Shown: positions 1 to 16,080 of the stretch, one piece after another
Position numbering within the stretch: the stretch's first letter is position 1
Layout of the letters: each line of letters begins with the position of its first letter
Source: the human T2T-CHM13v2.0 reference genome, Homo sapiens
Strand: one strand, 5' to 3'
Length of the DNA: 64,000 nucleotides
Assembly: GCF_009914755.1 (NCBI RefSeq)
Contig: NC_060932.1
Program-made: the position numbers and the translations under genes
Notes under the pieces: model-generated
What the model was told of the DNA's origin: nothing
Databases searched by the model: none
What the model saw: the letters and a program-made list of their open reading frames with translations, nothing else

Positions 1-384
1 AGTAAATAAATAAAGAGAACAAAGACACAGTAACTTTGATTTTTTTTCTGAGAGTGAGAATGTAATGGAAATAATGGTAGAAATAAGGAAGAAGAAAGAA
101 TATATTTAGGATGCCCAATGGCACTCTCTTAAGTGAGATCAATTAATTGAGAACAGTCTGTGGAAAGCAGATGGGATACAGGTTTAGGTTTTGAGGCCAC
201 CACTGTTTTGACAACATAAAGATGAAAAGTAATTAATAAGAAAAAAATGAAAATGGACATAATAAACTTCAGGAACATGAAGAGAAAATGAGCATTTTAG
301 AAAAAATAATGGGCATCTAGAGTAGGAACTAGTCATCATATGAATTTCTCTAGGACAGAGGAATAATTCAAATACGATTAATCC

Positions 385-550
385 CAAATCTAACATCTAT
401 TAGCACAAATACCTTGAGCAAGTCACTTTTCCTACCTGAAGTCCAGATTCCCCACCTATAATATGAATCTTTAATAAAATGCCTACTTATGAAGATTAAA
501 TTTGCTAAAGTAGTGCCTGGCTTACAGTAAGTGGACAATACATACTAGCT
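385..550 (+). mobile_element. MIR SINE fragment
   Basis: ttgagcaagtcactt...gaagattaaa...gtgcctggcttacagtaagtg resembles the MIR core and 3' end. Confidence 0.65.
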
Positions 551-784
551 TGTGGGGTGGTGGTAGTAGTAGCAGTCATCGCCGTCATATGCCATTATGA
601 ATACAATAAACACCAAGCAGATCTCATAAGACTCTAACATTTTACAAAAAAAGGAAAAAAAAATAGGCAAATATGCAATAACTAGCGAAGGATAAAATAA
701 AAGCATACTGAAGGAAATAACATAATGTTACATGATGACTTGCAGTGGAGCCTGTAAATTGGCATGCTTACAATCCTAGATTAA

Positions 785-985
785 AAGCCAGACTTGTGTT
801 TGGGTCATAACATTTACTATCTCTGGAACCTTTTGCAAATTAAAACTCTATTTCTTTACCTTTTAAATGAGTGTTAATAATTATTACATTAGTGCTTGTT
901 GTGAGAGTTAAATGGTATAATCCAAGTGAAGTTTTTAGCAAATTTTCTGGCATCTCATTAAGACCTCAATAAATGTTAGGTATGC
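785..985 (+). mobile_element. MIR SINE fragment
   Basis: ttgttgtgagagttaaatg...ctcaataaatgttag is a typical MIR 3' half. Confidence 0.7.
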
Positions 986-1430
986 TTTTAATTTTGTACT
1001 CAAAAGATAAATTTTTCTTAGGAAAGTCAAAACCTAAGAGTTGAAGTATGCTCTTTTCTAAAGTCATTGGAACAGTAAAATAGTATTTTTGGAAAATGTA
1101 AAAATAGCAGTGTTGCAGGTAAAGGAATTCTCATCTTGCTCTGAAATATGACAACGGCACTTGGGAGAGGGCACTAACTTACAATCACCTTATCTGAGAA
1201 GACTGACAGTGTTGAAAGAGTTCTTAAAATATACACATTAAATGGTCAAGGAGTGTTTGTAATTTTTAATAAAAAAGATAAAAAGGAGGCAACAGGGCTA
1301 GAAGGACATAAACATTGGCATCAAATCTTTGAATCCTACAACGAGAGGTGATGAAAATAGGCAGAAATCCATGAAGACTGAAAAACAGGATGAAAACAAT
1401 TTTGGATATTTGGGGGATATAATAACAAGT

Positions 1431-3732
1431 TGCATTAGTCTGTTTTCACGCTGGTGATAATGCATACCCAAGAATGGGCAATTTACAAAAGAGAGGTTTG
1501 ATGGACATACAGTTCTATATGGCTGGGGAAGCCTCACAATCATGGTGGAAGGCAAGGAGGACCTAGCCACGTCTTATATGGATAGCAGCAGGCAAAGTCA
1601 GCCTGTGCAGAGAAACACCCATTTTTAAAACCATCAGATCTTGAGAGACTTATTCACTATCACAAGAACAGCACAGGAAAGAACTGCCTCCATGGTTCAA
1701 TTACCTCCCACTGGCTTCCTCCCACATGTGAGAATTGTGGGAGTTGCAATTCAACATGAGGTTTTGGTAGGGACACAGCCAAACCACATCATTTCGCTCC
1801 TGGACCCACCCAAATCTCATGTCCTCACATTTCAAAACCAACCATGCCTTCCCAACAGTCCCCCAAAGTCTTAACTTATTTCAGCATTAACTCGAAATTC
1901 CACCTTCCGAACTCTTATCTGAGACAAAACAAGTATCTTCCTCTTATGAACCTGTATAATAAAATACAAGCTAGTTACTTCCTAGACAAATGCAGGCACA
2001 AGAATTGGGTAAATACAGCCATTCAAAAATGGGAGAAATTGGTCAAAACAAAGGGTCTACTGGCCCTATGTAAGTATAGAATCCAGTGGGGCAGTCAAAT
2101 CTTAAAGCTCCAAAAACATTTCCTTTGACTTTGTGTCTCACATCCAGGTCATGCTGATGCAAGAGGTGAGTTCCAACAGTCTTGGGCAGGTGTACCCCTG
2201 TGACTTTGAAGAATACAGCTTCCCTCCTGGATGCTTTCATGGGCTGCTGTTAACTGTCTGCAGCTTTTCCAGGTGCATGATGCAAGGTGTCAGTGGATCT
2301 ACCATTCTGGAGTCTGAAGGATGGTAGCCTTCTTCTCACAGCTCAACTAGGCGGTGCCCCAGTAGGGACTCTGTGGGGGAGCTGTGACCCCACATTTCCC
2401 TCCTGCACTGCCCTAGCAAAGGTTTTCCATGAGGACCGCCACCCATAGCAAACTTCTATCTGGACATCTATGAATTTCTATACTTCCTCTGAAATCTAGG
2501 CAAAGGTTCCCAAACCCAAATTATTGACTTCTACACATTCGCAGGCTCAACACCACATGGAAGCTGCCAAGGCTTGAGGCTTACATCCTCTGATGACACA
2601 GCCTGAGCTTTATGTTGCCCCTTTCAGCCACAGTTGGAGCAGCTGGGATGCAGGGCACCAAGTCTCTAGGCTGTACACAGCATGGGGACCCTTGGCCCGG
2701 CCCTCAAAACTACTTTTATTCTCCTAGACCTCCAGGCCTGTGATGGGAGGGGTTGCTGTGAAGACCTCTGACATGCCCTGGAGGCATTTTCCCCATGGTC
2801 TTGGGGATTAACTTTTGGCTTCTTGTTACTTATACAAATTTCTGCAGTTGGCTTGAATTTCTCCTTGGAAAATGGGATTTTCTTTTCTATCACATTGTCA
2901 GACTGCAAAGTTCATGAACTTTTATGCTTTGCTTACCTTATAAAACTGAAAGCTTTACAGCACCCAAGTCACCTCTTGAATGCTTTGCTGCTTAGAAATT
3001 TATTCCTCCAGATACCCCAAATCATCTCTCTCAAGTTCAAAGTTCCACAACTCTGTAGGGCAGGGGCAAAATGCCATCAGTCTTTTTGCTAAAACGTAAC
3101 AAGAATCACCTTTGGTCCAGTTATGAACAAGTTTCTCATCTCCATCCGAGACCACCTCAGCCAGGATTTCATTGTCCATATCATCAGCACTTTGGTCAAA
3201 GCTATTCAACAACTCTCTAGAGAATTCCAAAATTTCCCACATTTTCCTGTCTCCTTCTGAGTCCTCCAAACTGTTCTAAACTCTGCCTGTTATCCAGTTC
3301 CAAAGTCGCTTCCACATCTTTTGGTATCTTTTCAGGAGTACCCCACTCCTGGTACCAATCTATTGTATTAGTTCATTTTCACACTGCTGATAAAGACATA
3401 CCTGAGCCTGGGCAATTTACAAAAGAAAGAAGTTTAATAGACTTACCGTCCCAAGTGGCTGGGGAAGCCTCACAATCATAGCAGAAGGCAAGGAGGAGCA
3501 CATCACGTCTTACATGCATGGCAGCAGGCAAAGAGAGAGCTTGTGCAGGGGAACTCCTCTTTTTAAAACCATCAGATCTCATGAGACTTATGTGCTATGA
3601 TGAGAATGGCACAGGAAACACTTACCCCCATGATTCAATTACCTTCTACCAGGCTCCTCCCACAACATGTGGGAATTGTGGGAACTACCGTTCAACATGA
3701 GGTTTGGGTGAGGACAGAGCTAAATCATATCA
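1431..3732 (-). mobile_element. Complete THE1B-type MaLR provirus (LTR-internal-LTR), sense to CSMD1
   Basis: Two ~365-bp LTRs with TG...CA ends (1431-1791 and 3364-3732) flank a ~1.57-kb THE1 internal region; 5-bp TSD caagt (1426-1430) / gaagt (3733-3737). Confidence 0.92.
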
Positions 3733-3789
3733 GAAGTCATAAACTTGCTATTGACTTTATGTGGTCCAATCATGACTTTTCTCGTATTA

Positions 3790-3908
3790 TAACATGTAAT
3801 ATTATATATTATTACATATCACATGTTATTACTTACATACTAACATGCAATATTAAATGTTATTACACATTACATGTTATTTCTTACATAGTAATAACAT
3901 GTAATATT
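3790..3908. repeat. Degenerate AT-rich tandem repeat, ~52-bp unit x 2.3
   Basis: taacatg(t/c)aatatt recurs at 3790, 3841 and 3895, with similar following sequence. Confidence 0.75.
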
Positions 3909-4052
3909 GCTTTCAGGAGCAGAATGAGCTGACATTGTAAGAGTCAGCTCAACATGTATTATTTTCATTTAAGTGGAAACTTTCATAAAAGCATCTCCAA
4001 AACCATTGCCCTGCCCTGGAGTCTGCTCACCAGCCCCCTTGTAGCACTGTAC

Positions 4053-4247
4053 CTCTGCAAAAGGGAGCTGGGAAGTCCCACGATGCACCATTTCCTGGGC
4101 TGACGATGCAGGTCAGGATGGCGTGGCCTTCCAAGATGTAGCCAGGGAGGCAGCTGTACCGGATTTTGTCTCCTATGTTGAATCTCGTTCCATGCAGAAC
4201 TCCTTTCAGGATTTCTCCAGGATTTCCACAAGTGTGGCTAGGTAAAA
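4053..4247 (-). CDS. CSMD1: CSMD1 internal coding exon (195 bp, first Sushi/CCP domain; exon 4 by recollection)
   Basis: Translates to (V)LPSHTCGNPGEILKGVLHGTRFNIGDKIRYSCLPGYILEGHAILTCIVSPGNGASWDFPAPFCR, with the four Sushi Cys and the conserved Trp; matches the remembered CSMD1 Sushi-1. Acceptor ...ctttttccaatAG|TTTTA (AG at 4249-4248) follows a polypyrimidine tract; donor AGAG|GTACAG (GT at 4052-4051). Length is divisible by 3, phase 1-1. Confidence 0.95.
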
Positions 4248-4928
4248 CTATTGGAAAAAGAAAAGAAAGGAGAAAAAACAAGTTAAATTTTCCATGGAGA
4301 GCCACTTATAAGATAAAACAGACACCATTTTTGAATTATTAAAATGAGAAAACCTCTAGCATCAGAAAAATATTAATTGTTGCTAAAAACTAAACTGAGA
4401 AAATGTCTTCAGGTTTTAGAATATCTGCAGTATAACACTTTTATAAACATCATAAAGTGTAAATAAATGCATTTTGTTAAGAGAGAAAAATATAGTCCTG
4501 CTTTTATTCAGTGTTCCAGATAATGTCTGGATTATATTTTTCTAGTCACAAAATTCTACTTACTCCTATAGTGAGCAACCAGATGTCAGTGTCAGCAACC
4601 AGACACAGTAGACTATAGAAATCTAAAACAGTGGCATCAGAAATACTGCAAAAGTGAATACTCATACCCTATTTATTTTTATGCTTCCACGACTGGTACA
4701 GTGTCTGTTACACATCATTACCCAACGCTCAATCAACATTTGATGGATAAGCAATTGAATTAAATAATAAATTAGAAATCTCATGCATTGATCCATCAAT
4801 GTATAAAAAAATGTTCCACTACTGTATTCCAGGGCAGCAGCCAGGCTCTGTCCATTTATAGTGTCTGATTCAAAAGCAAGTTTCAGTGCTAAGTTTTGAC
4901 AACAGAAATACTGAATTCACTTTCATTT

Positions 4929-5876
<948 letters not shown>

Positions 5877-7240
5877 ATTTCAATAATGGGGTATTGATTC
5901 TGTTCTTTTTGGTCCTCTCACTTTTTCCTTGATATGATTCTCTATCTAAATCAATTGACTTGAAACTCCATTCCACACTTATAGAACATGATTTTGAACT
6001 GAAACGGTACATCATTCAGTTGAATGGATGAAATTCATCATTGTTGGCTATTGTATCCATATCTAAGGTTTAAATTTAGTATGTCATCAGTAAATTAGCT
6101 GCTATTTAGTATTCAAATAAGCTATGAAACTTACTAGTAGAGAAATACAAACACTTCCAAATAAAAATGTATTTCCAATTGAACAGAAACTATTTCATGT
6201 CTGTATCCATTGTCTTTGCATCGGCATGGGGGTGTATTTTAATGTATTGATATAATGTAGAATAATATTTTCTGTTTTATTAGTTTTTAAACTGAGTAAC
6301 ATAGAGAACATTTTTAGAATACGGCATAGGAATCATCTATTTCTAAAAGTATTTTTATTTATCATGATATTACTTAAGTACAAACAACTATATAGAAATA
6401 TTTAGGAAATAAATACTAGTGTTTAGATATTGAATATTATTGACATGTTTATGAGATCTCTATTTACATAGTCAAAGTGTATTCAGTTCTAGTTTTTAAG
6501 AAGTAATTTCTGAGAGCAGTCTACAGAAATCTGTTTGAAAACACAACAGAAAATACTTCACTATTGTCTGCAATCATTTTTGTCTTTTTTAATAAGAAAA
6601 TTCTGTATTTAATTCCACATTCACTATCCTTAAAGCAAAAATGTGTGCTGTTTATAGTACATTAAAAGTGACATTTATAAGGAAGAAAAACTTTCCATTT
6701 TATCAGGGCAGCCCTTCAACTTTTGACTCAGAATGCCTTGTCCATCAGCTGAGCCGAGAGCTCTTACAGTCAAAGACACACGTTGTATAGCCACCGTAAA
6801 TGTGAAGAGTGAGAAAGGGAGTGATTAAAAAAAGTAAACATGTGGACAAAAGCTTTTTGATGTTTTTCTTTAATGTCCAGGAATATTTAAAATAAATCAA
6901 CATGTCTTCTTAGGGTCATTATTATTAACTGCTACTGCTAATTCTTCTTAGAAGGCACACATTTTCCAACAGAAGGTGTCCAGATAATTGTTCCCCAAAG
7001 ACACGGTTATCAATGGAAATCTATCAAATAAATCTGCTAAAGATAACCACAATGACCAGTCATTGTCACACACGGAAAATGCCAATGAAACTCTCTGGAA
7101 ATGGAACTTAGTCTGCGCGACTCTTCTATACGTTTTTTCTGTTAAAAGGGCCTGAAATTATTTTTTTCAATTAACTTTGGTATGAATAATGCAAATGATT
7201 ATCGTGCAGAAAGATCAACGGAACATTCTACAGTAATATA

Positions 7241-8402
7241 TAGTTGTGAGCTGCCTAACAACAGCTCAATGATACGACTCATATACAACATCGGTCCCAG
7301 GAGATGATGGCCTACTGATGTTGTAGCCGTCATGAGGTCGTAGTGCCAGCTATGATGCACGTGTCTGTGGTGACGCCGGTGTGAACAAACCACCTGTGCA
7401 GCCAGTCATACAAATGTTCAGCACATACAATTAGGTTCACTGCATATGCTTGATGATAATAGTGAACAACTGTCACTGGTTTTTCTACTTACTATACTAT
7501 ACTTTTTATCATTATTTCAGAGTGTGCTTCTTCTACTAAAAAAAAATTACGATTTTACTGTAAAACAACCTTAGTCAGGTCCTTCAGGAAGGATTCCAAA
7601 AGGAGGCATTATTATCCTAGGAGATGAAAGCTCCATACCTGTCCTTGCCCCGAAGACCTTCCGGTGGGACAAGACGTCAAGGTGGAAGAGATGACCCCGT
7701 GCAGGCCTAGGCTAGGGTGTGTGTTTGAGTCTTAATTTTTAATGAATACAGTTTAAAAAGTAAGAACATATAAAGAAATTTTAAATAGACAAACTCTTAT
7801 GAATAACAATATAAATGTTTTGCACAACTGTGCAAGGTTTATGTTTTCAGTTAAATATTATTACGGAAGAGTCAAATGCTTAAAAATGAAAAAGAAGTTT
7901 ATGAAGTAACGTTATACTAAGCTTAATTTATGATTAAAAAAGAAAAATGTGTTTTTATACATTTAGTGTACTCTAAGTGTACAGTGTTTATGAAGTCTAC
8001 AGTCGTACATAGTCCCGTCCGAAGCCTTCACAGTCACCCCTCACTCACACACAGACTCAACCAGAGCAACTTCCAGCCCCACAAACTCTATTCACGGTAA
8101 GTGTCCTATGAGAGTGTAACACTTTTTTTTATTTTTAATGCTGTTTTATTACTGTACCTTTTCTATGTTTAGAGACACATATACTGACCATTATGTTATA
8201 CTTGCCTACAGTATTCAGTTCAGCCACATGCTGTACAGGTTTGCACTCTAGGAGTACTAGGCTACACCACACATCCTAGGTGCGTAGTAGGCCGCAAAAC
8301 TTGGGTTTGTGTAAGTGTGCTCTGTGATGTTTGCACAGGGACAAAATCACCTAAGGATGCATTTCTCAGAATGCATCCCAGTTGTTAAGTGATGCATGAC
8401 TG
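7241..8402. mobile_element. Tigger3b/Golem-type non-autonomous TcMar DNA transposon
   Basis: Decayed CAGTCATGC-type TIRs at both ends (right end ...gttaagtgatgcatgactg); internal caggtccttcagga...gaagaccttccggtgggacaag motif; TA at the left flank. Confidence 0.85.
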
Positions 8403-8895
8403 CATGTAACATATCTCAAGATGCTGTTGTTATGGTCAAGCCTCCCACTTTATCATCTACAGTATATTTAGTAAATTTAAAGAGAACTGGACTCCTCCAA
8501 AATTGTTACCATGGTACTGTGCAATGGTATTTTCCAGCAGTGTAGAAATGTATTGACTTACATATTTCTGAAGGAAAAATATCATTAATGAATATGAGTC
8601 TCCCCAAGAAGGTGTCTGAAAAGAAATATTTGTAAACACCCATCTCTTCAAACTTCCAAGAGACAGCTACTACCATAAAATTGAATATGAAAAATATTTA
8701 TTCTGTTCAATTTCATCAATTTAGGAAAGGTATTTTTAATAGGGAAAAATTAAGGCAGATGTTAGAAGCAGCGGATGTCAAAGAAAAAACTAGACATCAA
8801 TGGAGAGCATGCCTGTTCTTTTCATGAAATTGCAATTCTCATTGTATCTGACGTAAAGGATCCTTTTGCAGATGCAGTTGCAGGCTTTTATTTTA

Positions 8896-9103
8896 CACCA
8901 GGTCCTCAAATAGCACTGTTGCCAGCACCACTATTTCATTATAACATGGATGAGAAAAATAAATAGATTCCTGACCAGGGCCACCACCTGTTCTTACCAT
9001 CTCTGCATGAGGTATGTCCAGTTTCCTCCATATCCCAAAGATGACCATGTTTGCATGTTAGGCTCATTGGCATGTGCCCTGGATCCTAGTATGGGTGAGT
9101 GTG

Positions 9104-9153
<50 letters not shown>

Positions 9154-9516
9154 TCCTGCCATGGTAGTGTGTCCTGTCCAGGGCTGGTGACCACCTGGCA
9201 CCCGGAGCTGCTGAGACAGCTCTGGCCACCCACAACCCAAAACTGGAATAATTGGATAAATTATTTTACTTGTTTTCATTAATCTTTCTTAAGTGAATGT
9301 AGAGCTCACATGTGTGTCAGTGTTCAATATTACAAGTGTTTTGATCTTTAATATTTAGAATTTTGTAGATGTTTTCTATGACAAGTAATATGACATAGGA
9401 ACTTTACTTTTGTTTATATCAATTAACCTGTGGGAAAATTGGTCTTGTCTGACATTGTTTTGCTTAGAGCCACATTTTCCCAGAACCTACCAAGAACTTG
9501 AAGTGAGCACTTGCTG
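8896..9516 (+). mobile_element. MER6A (TcMar-Tigger) element
   Basis: ta|caccaggtcctcaaat ... aagtgagcacttgctg|ta, with TA TSD on both sides; internal ccagtttcctccatatcccaaagatg and gtcctgtccagggctgg motifs. Confidence 0.85.
9107..9152. repeat. (TG)23 microsatellite inside MER6A
   Basis: Perfect TG run. Confidence 0.95.
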
Positions 9517-11949
9517 TAACAGCAATGGCCATCAGCTCCACGCAACAGCCCAGTGGCATTATAGAGAATAAAGAGAATGTCTATTTCTGGGGCATCTTAG
9601 ACCATTTCAATGGTTTGCTTTTTTGTCTTCTCTACAGATTTTTTTCTTTACCTTAACATCTTGACACTTAATTTTAGAAGAATTTGAAAAACACAAATCA
9701 GACACAGCCTTTGCAAGGTGCCGTTTTTCAACTGACAGGGATTGCAATGGAAAGGAGAATGGACTTTAGGTCTCTTCTCTTATATTTATCAGGTGTGCTT
9801 ATCTACTGAAAATGTTTTCCCATCAGTATTGATTTTAAAGGGGAAGGTGTGAAGATTGAATGAGATAACAGGTCTCCAAATATCTGTTCTTTATGACTCT
9901 ATCAGATTTTACTGCAAACAGCCGTTAATAGTTCTGAGGGCCTTGAACCATTCCAGGTTGGAATTGAATCTTTTTATCTTTGTATATAAATATTAATATA
10001 TTATAAAGTAGATCATATATTCTCGTATACATACGTACAATAACTGAAATTCACGTAGCTCATAAGCTTAGTGGGAATAGGAAAAAAAGTTTTTCAAAAT
10101 TCAGTTGGACAAAATGTTATTTTAGAAACAATGAATCAAAAAATAATGTATAATTTTAGTCACTTTATTCCCACACTTGGTAAAAAGTGTAAATAAGTAT
10201 CAGAGGCTTAAAATTAATTCAAAAAGTTTGGAAGTAAAATAACTCAGCAAATGGGAAAAAATGATTAGATCTACCATTTAAGGTTTAAAGTCACTGATTG
10301 GTGACACAAAGTTATAAATTTATGATTTAGGGATTGGGGATTTTTATCTTCAACAAATTTTCTTTTTAAAAAGTTTTTGTAAAAATTTTAATGGGAACAA
10401 TGTGAATAAATAGAAATAATTAAGAATAAATTAGAATATTTTCTTCTAGTTTCAAACACCAAAAAACGCAAAACAGACATAGTATTATAAATCCATTAGC
10501 AATTTTACTAAAAAATCAAAAAAACTTGTAAATTGTAAAATATTGATGGAATTGTTGCTAGGTCTATGCAAAGATTCAAGACACACACAGACACAAATAT
10601 TACCAAAATATGGTAATTTAGTGTTCGAGAAAAACTAATTTGAAAGCAAATTATTTCAACCCAATGTCATTTCTGCCAATTTCATTTTAACTGAATTTTA
10701 ACCAGTTTGCCTGAAGATTATGCATGTCTCTTTGTGACTCCCAGAAGTAATGAATACACATGAAGAATTTAGTAAATACCTACTGAGTTGACATAAACTC
10801 TACTTTTAATTCTCTTTATTTATTTCCTGAGCCATTTACACTCCTTCCCATAGATGCTTCAAGAAAGCAATACTTATTTAGGTGATGGGAATTCTGCGCC
10901 CAATGCAGACATTTGGTAACGTGAAAGGATTTCTTGAAAGAGCTCTGGGCACAGTTGTTTTCTCTCATGGCAGTTTTCCACTGGACCTCATGAAGCCAAA
11001 TTTGTACATCAGGGCTTGAAACTTGAAACATAGGCTGCCATTCTAAATATGCACACGAAAATTCCCTCTGTAACACTTAATTTGGCAAGTACATATGGTC
11101 ACAATTCAGTGACTTAACTGGGCTATCACATCAAACCTTTAACCCAGCTGTTTCAATGGTTAAGTGGATGTCATATTAAGTATTTTTCCAAAAGAAAAGT
11201 GAAAGCATGATACTACAATAAAATACAATATTAATATTCATTACTACATGGGACAAGGCTATCGAAAAGAAGTTTAAAATTCATCAAAGCAACGGCAGCA
11301 TTTTCAACAGCATGTGTACAATCAGTGGAATTTCATGAGGTGGATCCATCTGGAATCTAGGTCCCTTAGGGTTTCTCTCCATTTCTCTACACTTTGCCTC
11401 TGTAGTAGTCTCCTGGTAGCTTAAGAAAATATAACTCCAAATTCCTTCATGATGTGTACTTTCTATGTAAACCAACGATATCAAATGTGTTTGTTCTGGA
11501 CTATTTGCTGCTGAAAGCTCTTCACCCCACTCTCTCTCCTGGCTTTGGGAAGGATTAGAAAAATCTGGTTATATGATTTTCAGGATCACATTAAAAAATC
11601 GGATTTCCTAGTCTTGAAACCTTACATTTCTTCTCTTTACTGGCTCTCTGAATGCGAGCCAATCTGTAAAAGGAGAAGGTGCTGACAAAGCATTTATGAC
11701 AAAAGCAATGAGGACCTCCCAGGAGGTGGCAGTCATTGAATGCCTTCTACTTTCAAAAAGTCTCATTCTCCAGGATGAGGAATGACAGTGAAAGAGAAGG
11801 ACCTCATGGGACGTAATCAGAACTGGCTGAGAATAACTCAATGAGGAAGTGAGCTGTAAATATACTTGAAGGTGGAAAAGGGCAAGATTTGGCCAAATAA
11901 GAAAGATAAATTGATGTGGGGGAAGTCGTTGTGGCAAGCATTTATAGAA

Positions 11950-12185
11950 AAGTATATGGCACAGGGAGTTACAGTCATCAGATCTGGCATCAAATAGATT
12001 TGGGTTTCTGCTCCAGAAAGTGATTTTGTAATGTTGGACAAATTACTTAGATCTTAGTTTCTACATCTTAGAAAGGGGAATGAAAAGTAAAGCTTACTCT
12101 TGGGTTTATTATAGAGAATTGTAAAAAGATATCACAAATCAGGGCACTCGGTACAGGTTAAGTGCCCTATACATGTCAGGACTGT
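11950..12185 (+). mobile_element. MIR SINE
   Basis: ttggacaaattactt...cttagtttctacatct...ggtacaggttaagtgccc. Confidence 0.65.
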
Positions 12186-12417
12186 TAAAATTATTTTCCC
12201 AATTCTAAAGCACATGCAAATGTTAGGGAAATAATACAATTTTCAAAGTATACAGAGATTTTAACATATCGCAATTTCAGAAACAATATTTTTAAAGGGT
12301 ATGAGAGTCAAGGCTATTATTGAAATGCTAGCATAGTTGTAATGGAAGTGAAGGAGAAGGACATCCTAGTTTTTCATTTAGCAATAGTAATTCCACTTCA
12401 TTATTTCTGCCTTATCA

Positions 12418-12640
12418 TAATAACCGGAAATACTTGCACAACACACACTATGTGCTAGACACTGTTCCAAGTAGTTTATATATATTGAGTATATATCAGT
12501 AAGTACTATTATTATGCCCATTTTAAACAAACAAACACACAAACAAAAACATGCTGCAGGGAGATCAAGTAATTTCCAGGACAGGTAACTGTTAAGAACT
12601 GGTAGTAGAGCTTGCATATGATGATGGATTCAGAATCTCT
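12418..12640 (-). mobile_element. MIR SINE
   Basis: cactatgtgctagacactgttccaag...tactattattatgcccatttta...gagatcaagtaattt. Confidence 0.7.
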
Positions 12641-13098
12641 ACTTGCAAGCATGACAAAAACTCTTTCATATGAAAATGTGGCTAACATCAGAAGAGGTGA
12701 TGATAAAGTGTGATTAGATCTACGGTGTTCACAATGGAGCTTTGTTATAATAACATGCATATATGGATTGGGGAGACTTACGATGTTTTCTTAGGTAGAA
12801 CGGAGGGCACAACCATAACATAGTTTTAAAAAACATGTTTCAAGCTCTCGAGGCAAATTCATATAATAGCAAAAACACTGCAGGAGAGACTGCAGCAAAG
12901 TCAAAAACAAGGTAAGCGACCAGTTGGCAAATGGATTTGAAACCTAGAGACTAGATTTTCAAAAGATTTTGAATAGCACGTGAAAGACTTTAGCAGCTCC
13001 GGACAATCGAAAAAATAAAAATGCTGTTGCAAAATAATGTTCACTATGTAAATGGCTCTTGAGAAGCATCATGAGTATTTGCTAGTGTGAATTATTAA

Positions 13099-13479
<381 letters not shown>

Positions 13480-13559
13480 GGGCCTTTGCCATTTTAAACA
13501 CTAGAAGAATTAATCCATATAAAAATTTTCGCAAAACTATGACAAGAATTGTTAAATGC

Positions 13560-15720
<2,161 letters not shown>

Positions 15721-15904
15721 TGTGCTGCTGTCTGGCCGCCTTGAGGGGGAAATCAATGTAGAATAGCCAAACTGGAATTTCAAAAGACGAAATGCATTTT
15801 TTAATTCTAGGAGTGGTGGTTCCTGGGTGAAACTATACATTTATTTCAGTGTTCTGAATTACAGATTCAATTACCTTAAAATAAGATTTATTACTAATAG
15901 ATAC

Positions 15905-16080
15905 TATTGATATCTTGCTGAGCTCTTTCAAATGCTGGAACGCTTTATATATGGTATTTCAAACCTTACACGTCTCCAAATGAGGCATCATTATTCCAAT
16001 TTCACATACAAAAATGATGAGACACAGAGAGGCTAAGGAACTCAGTTAAGATAACACAGATAAACCTGAATCTGTATAGA
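15905..16080 (-). mobile_element. MIR SINE
   Basis: attattccaatttcacata...gagacacagagaggctaaggaactcagttaag. Confidence 0.65.

Noticed and set aside
4027-4305. 92-aa ORF with a hydrophobic, signal-peptide-like N-terminus (MALHGKFNLFFLLSFLFPIV...)
   Set aside because: The apparent leader is just the translated polypyrimidine tract of the acceptor; only 4247-4053 is the exon.
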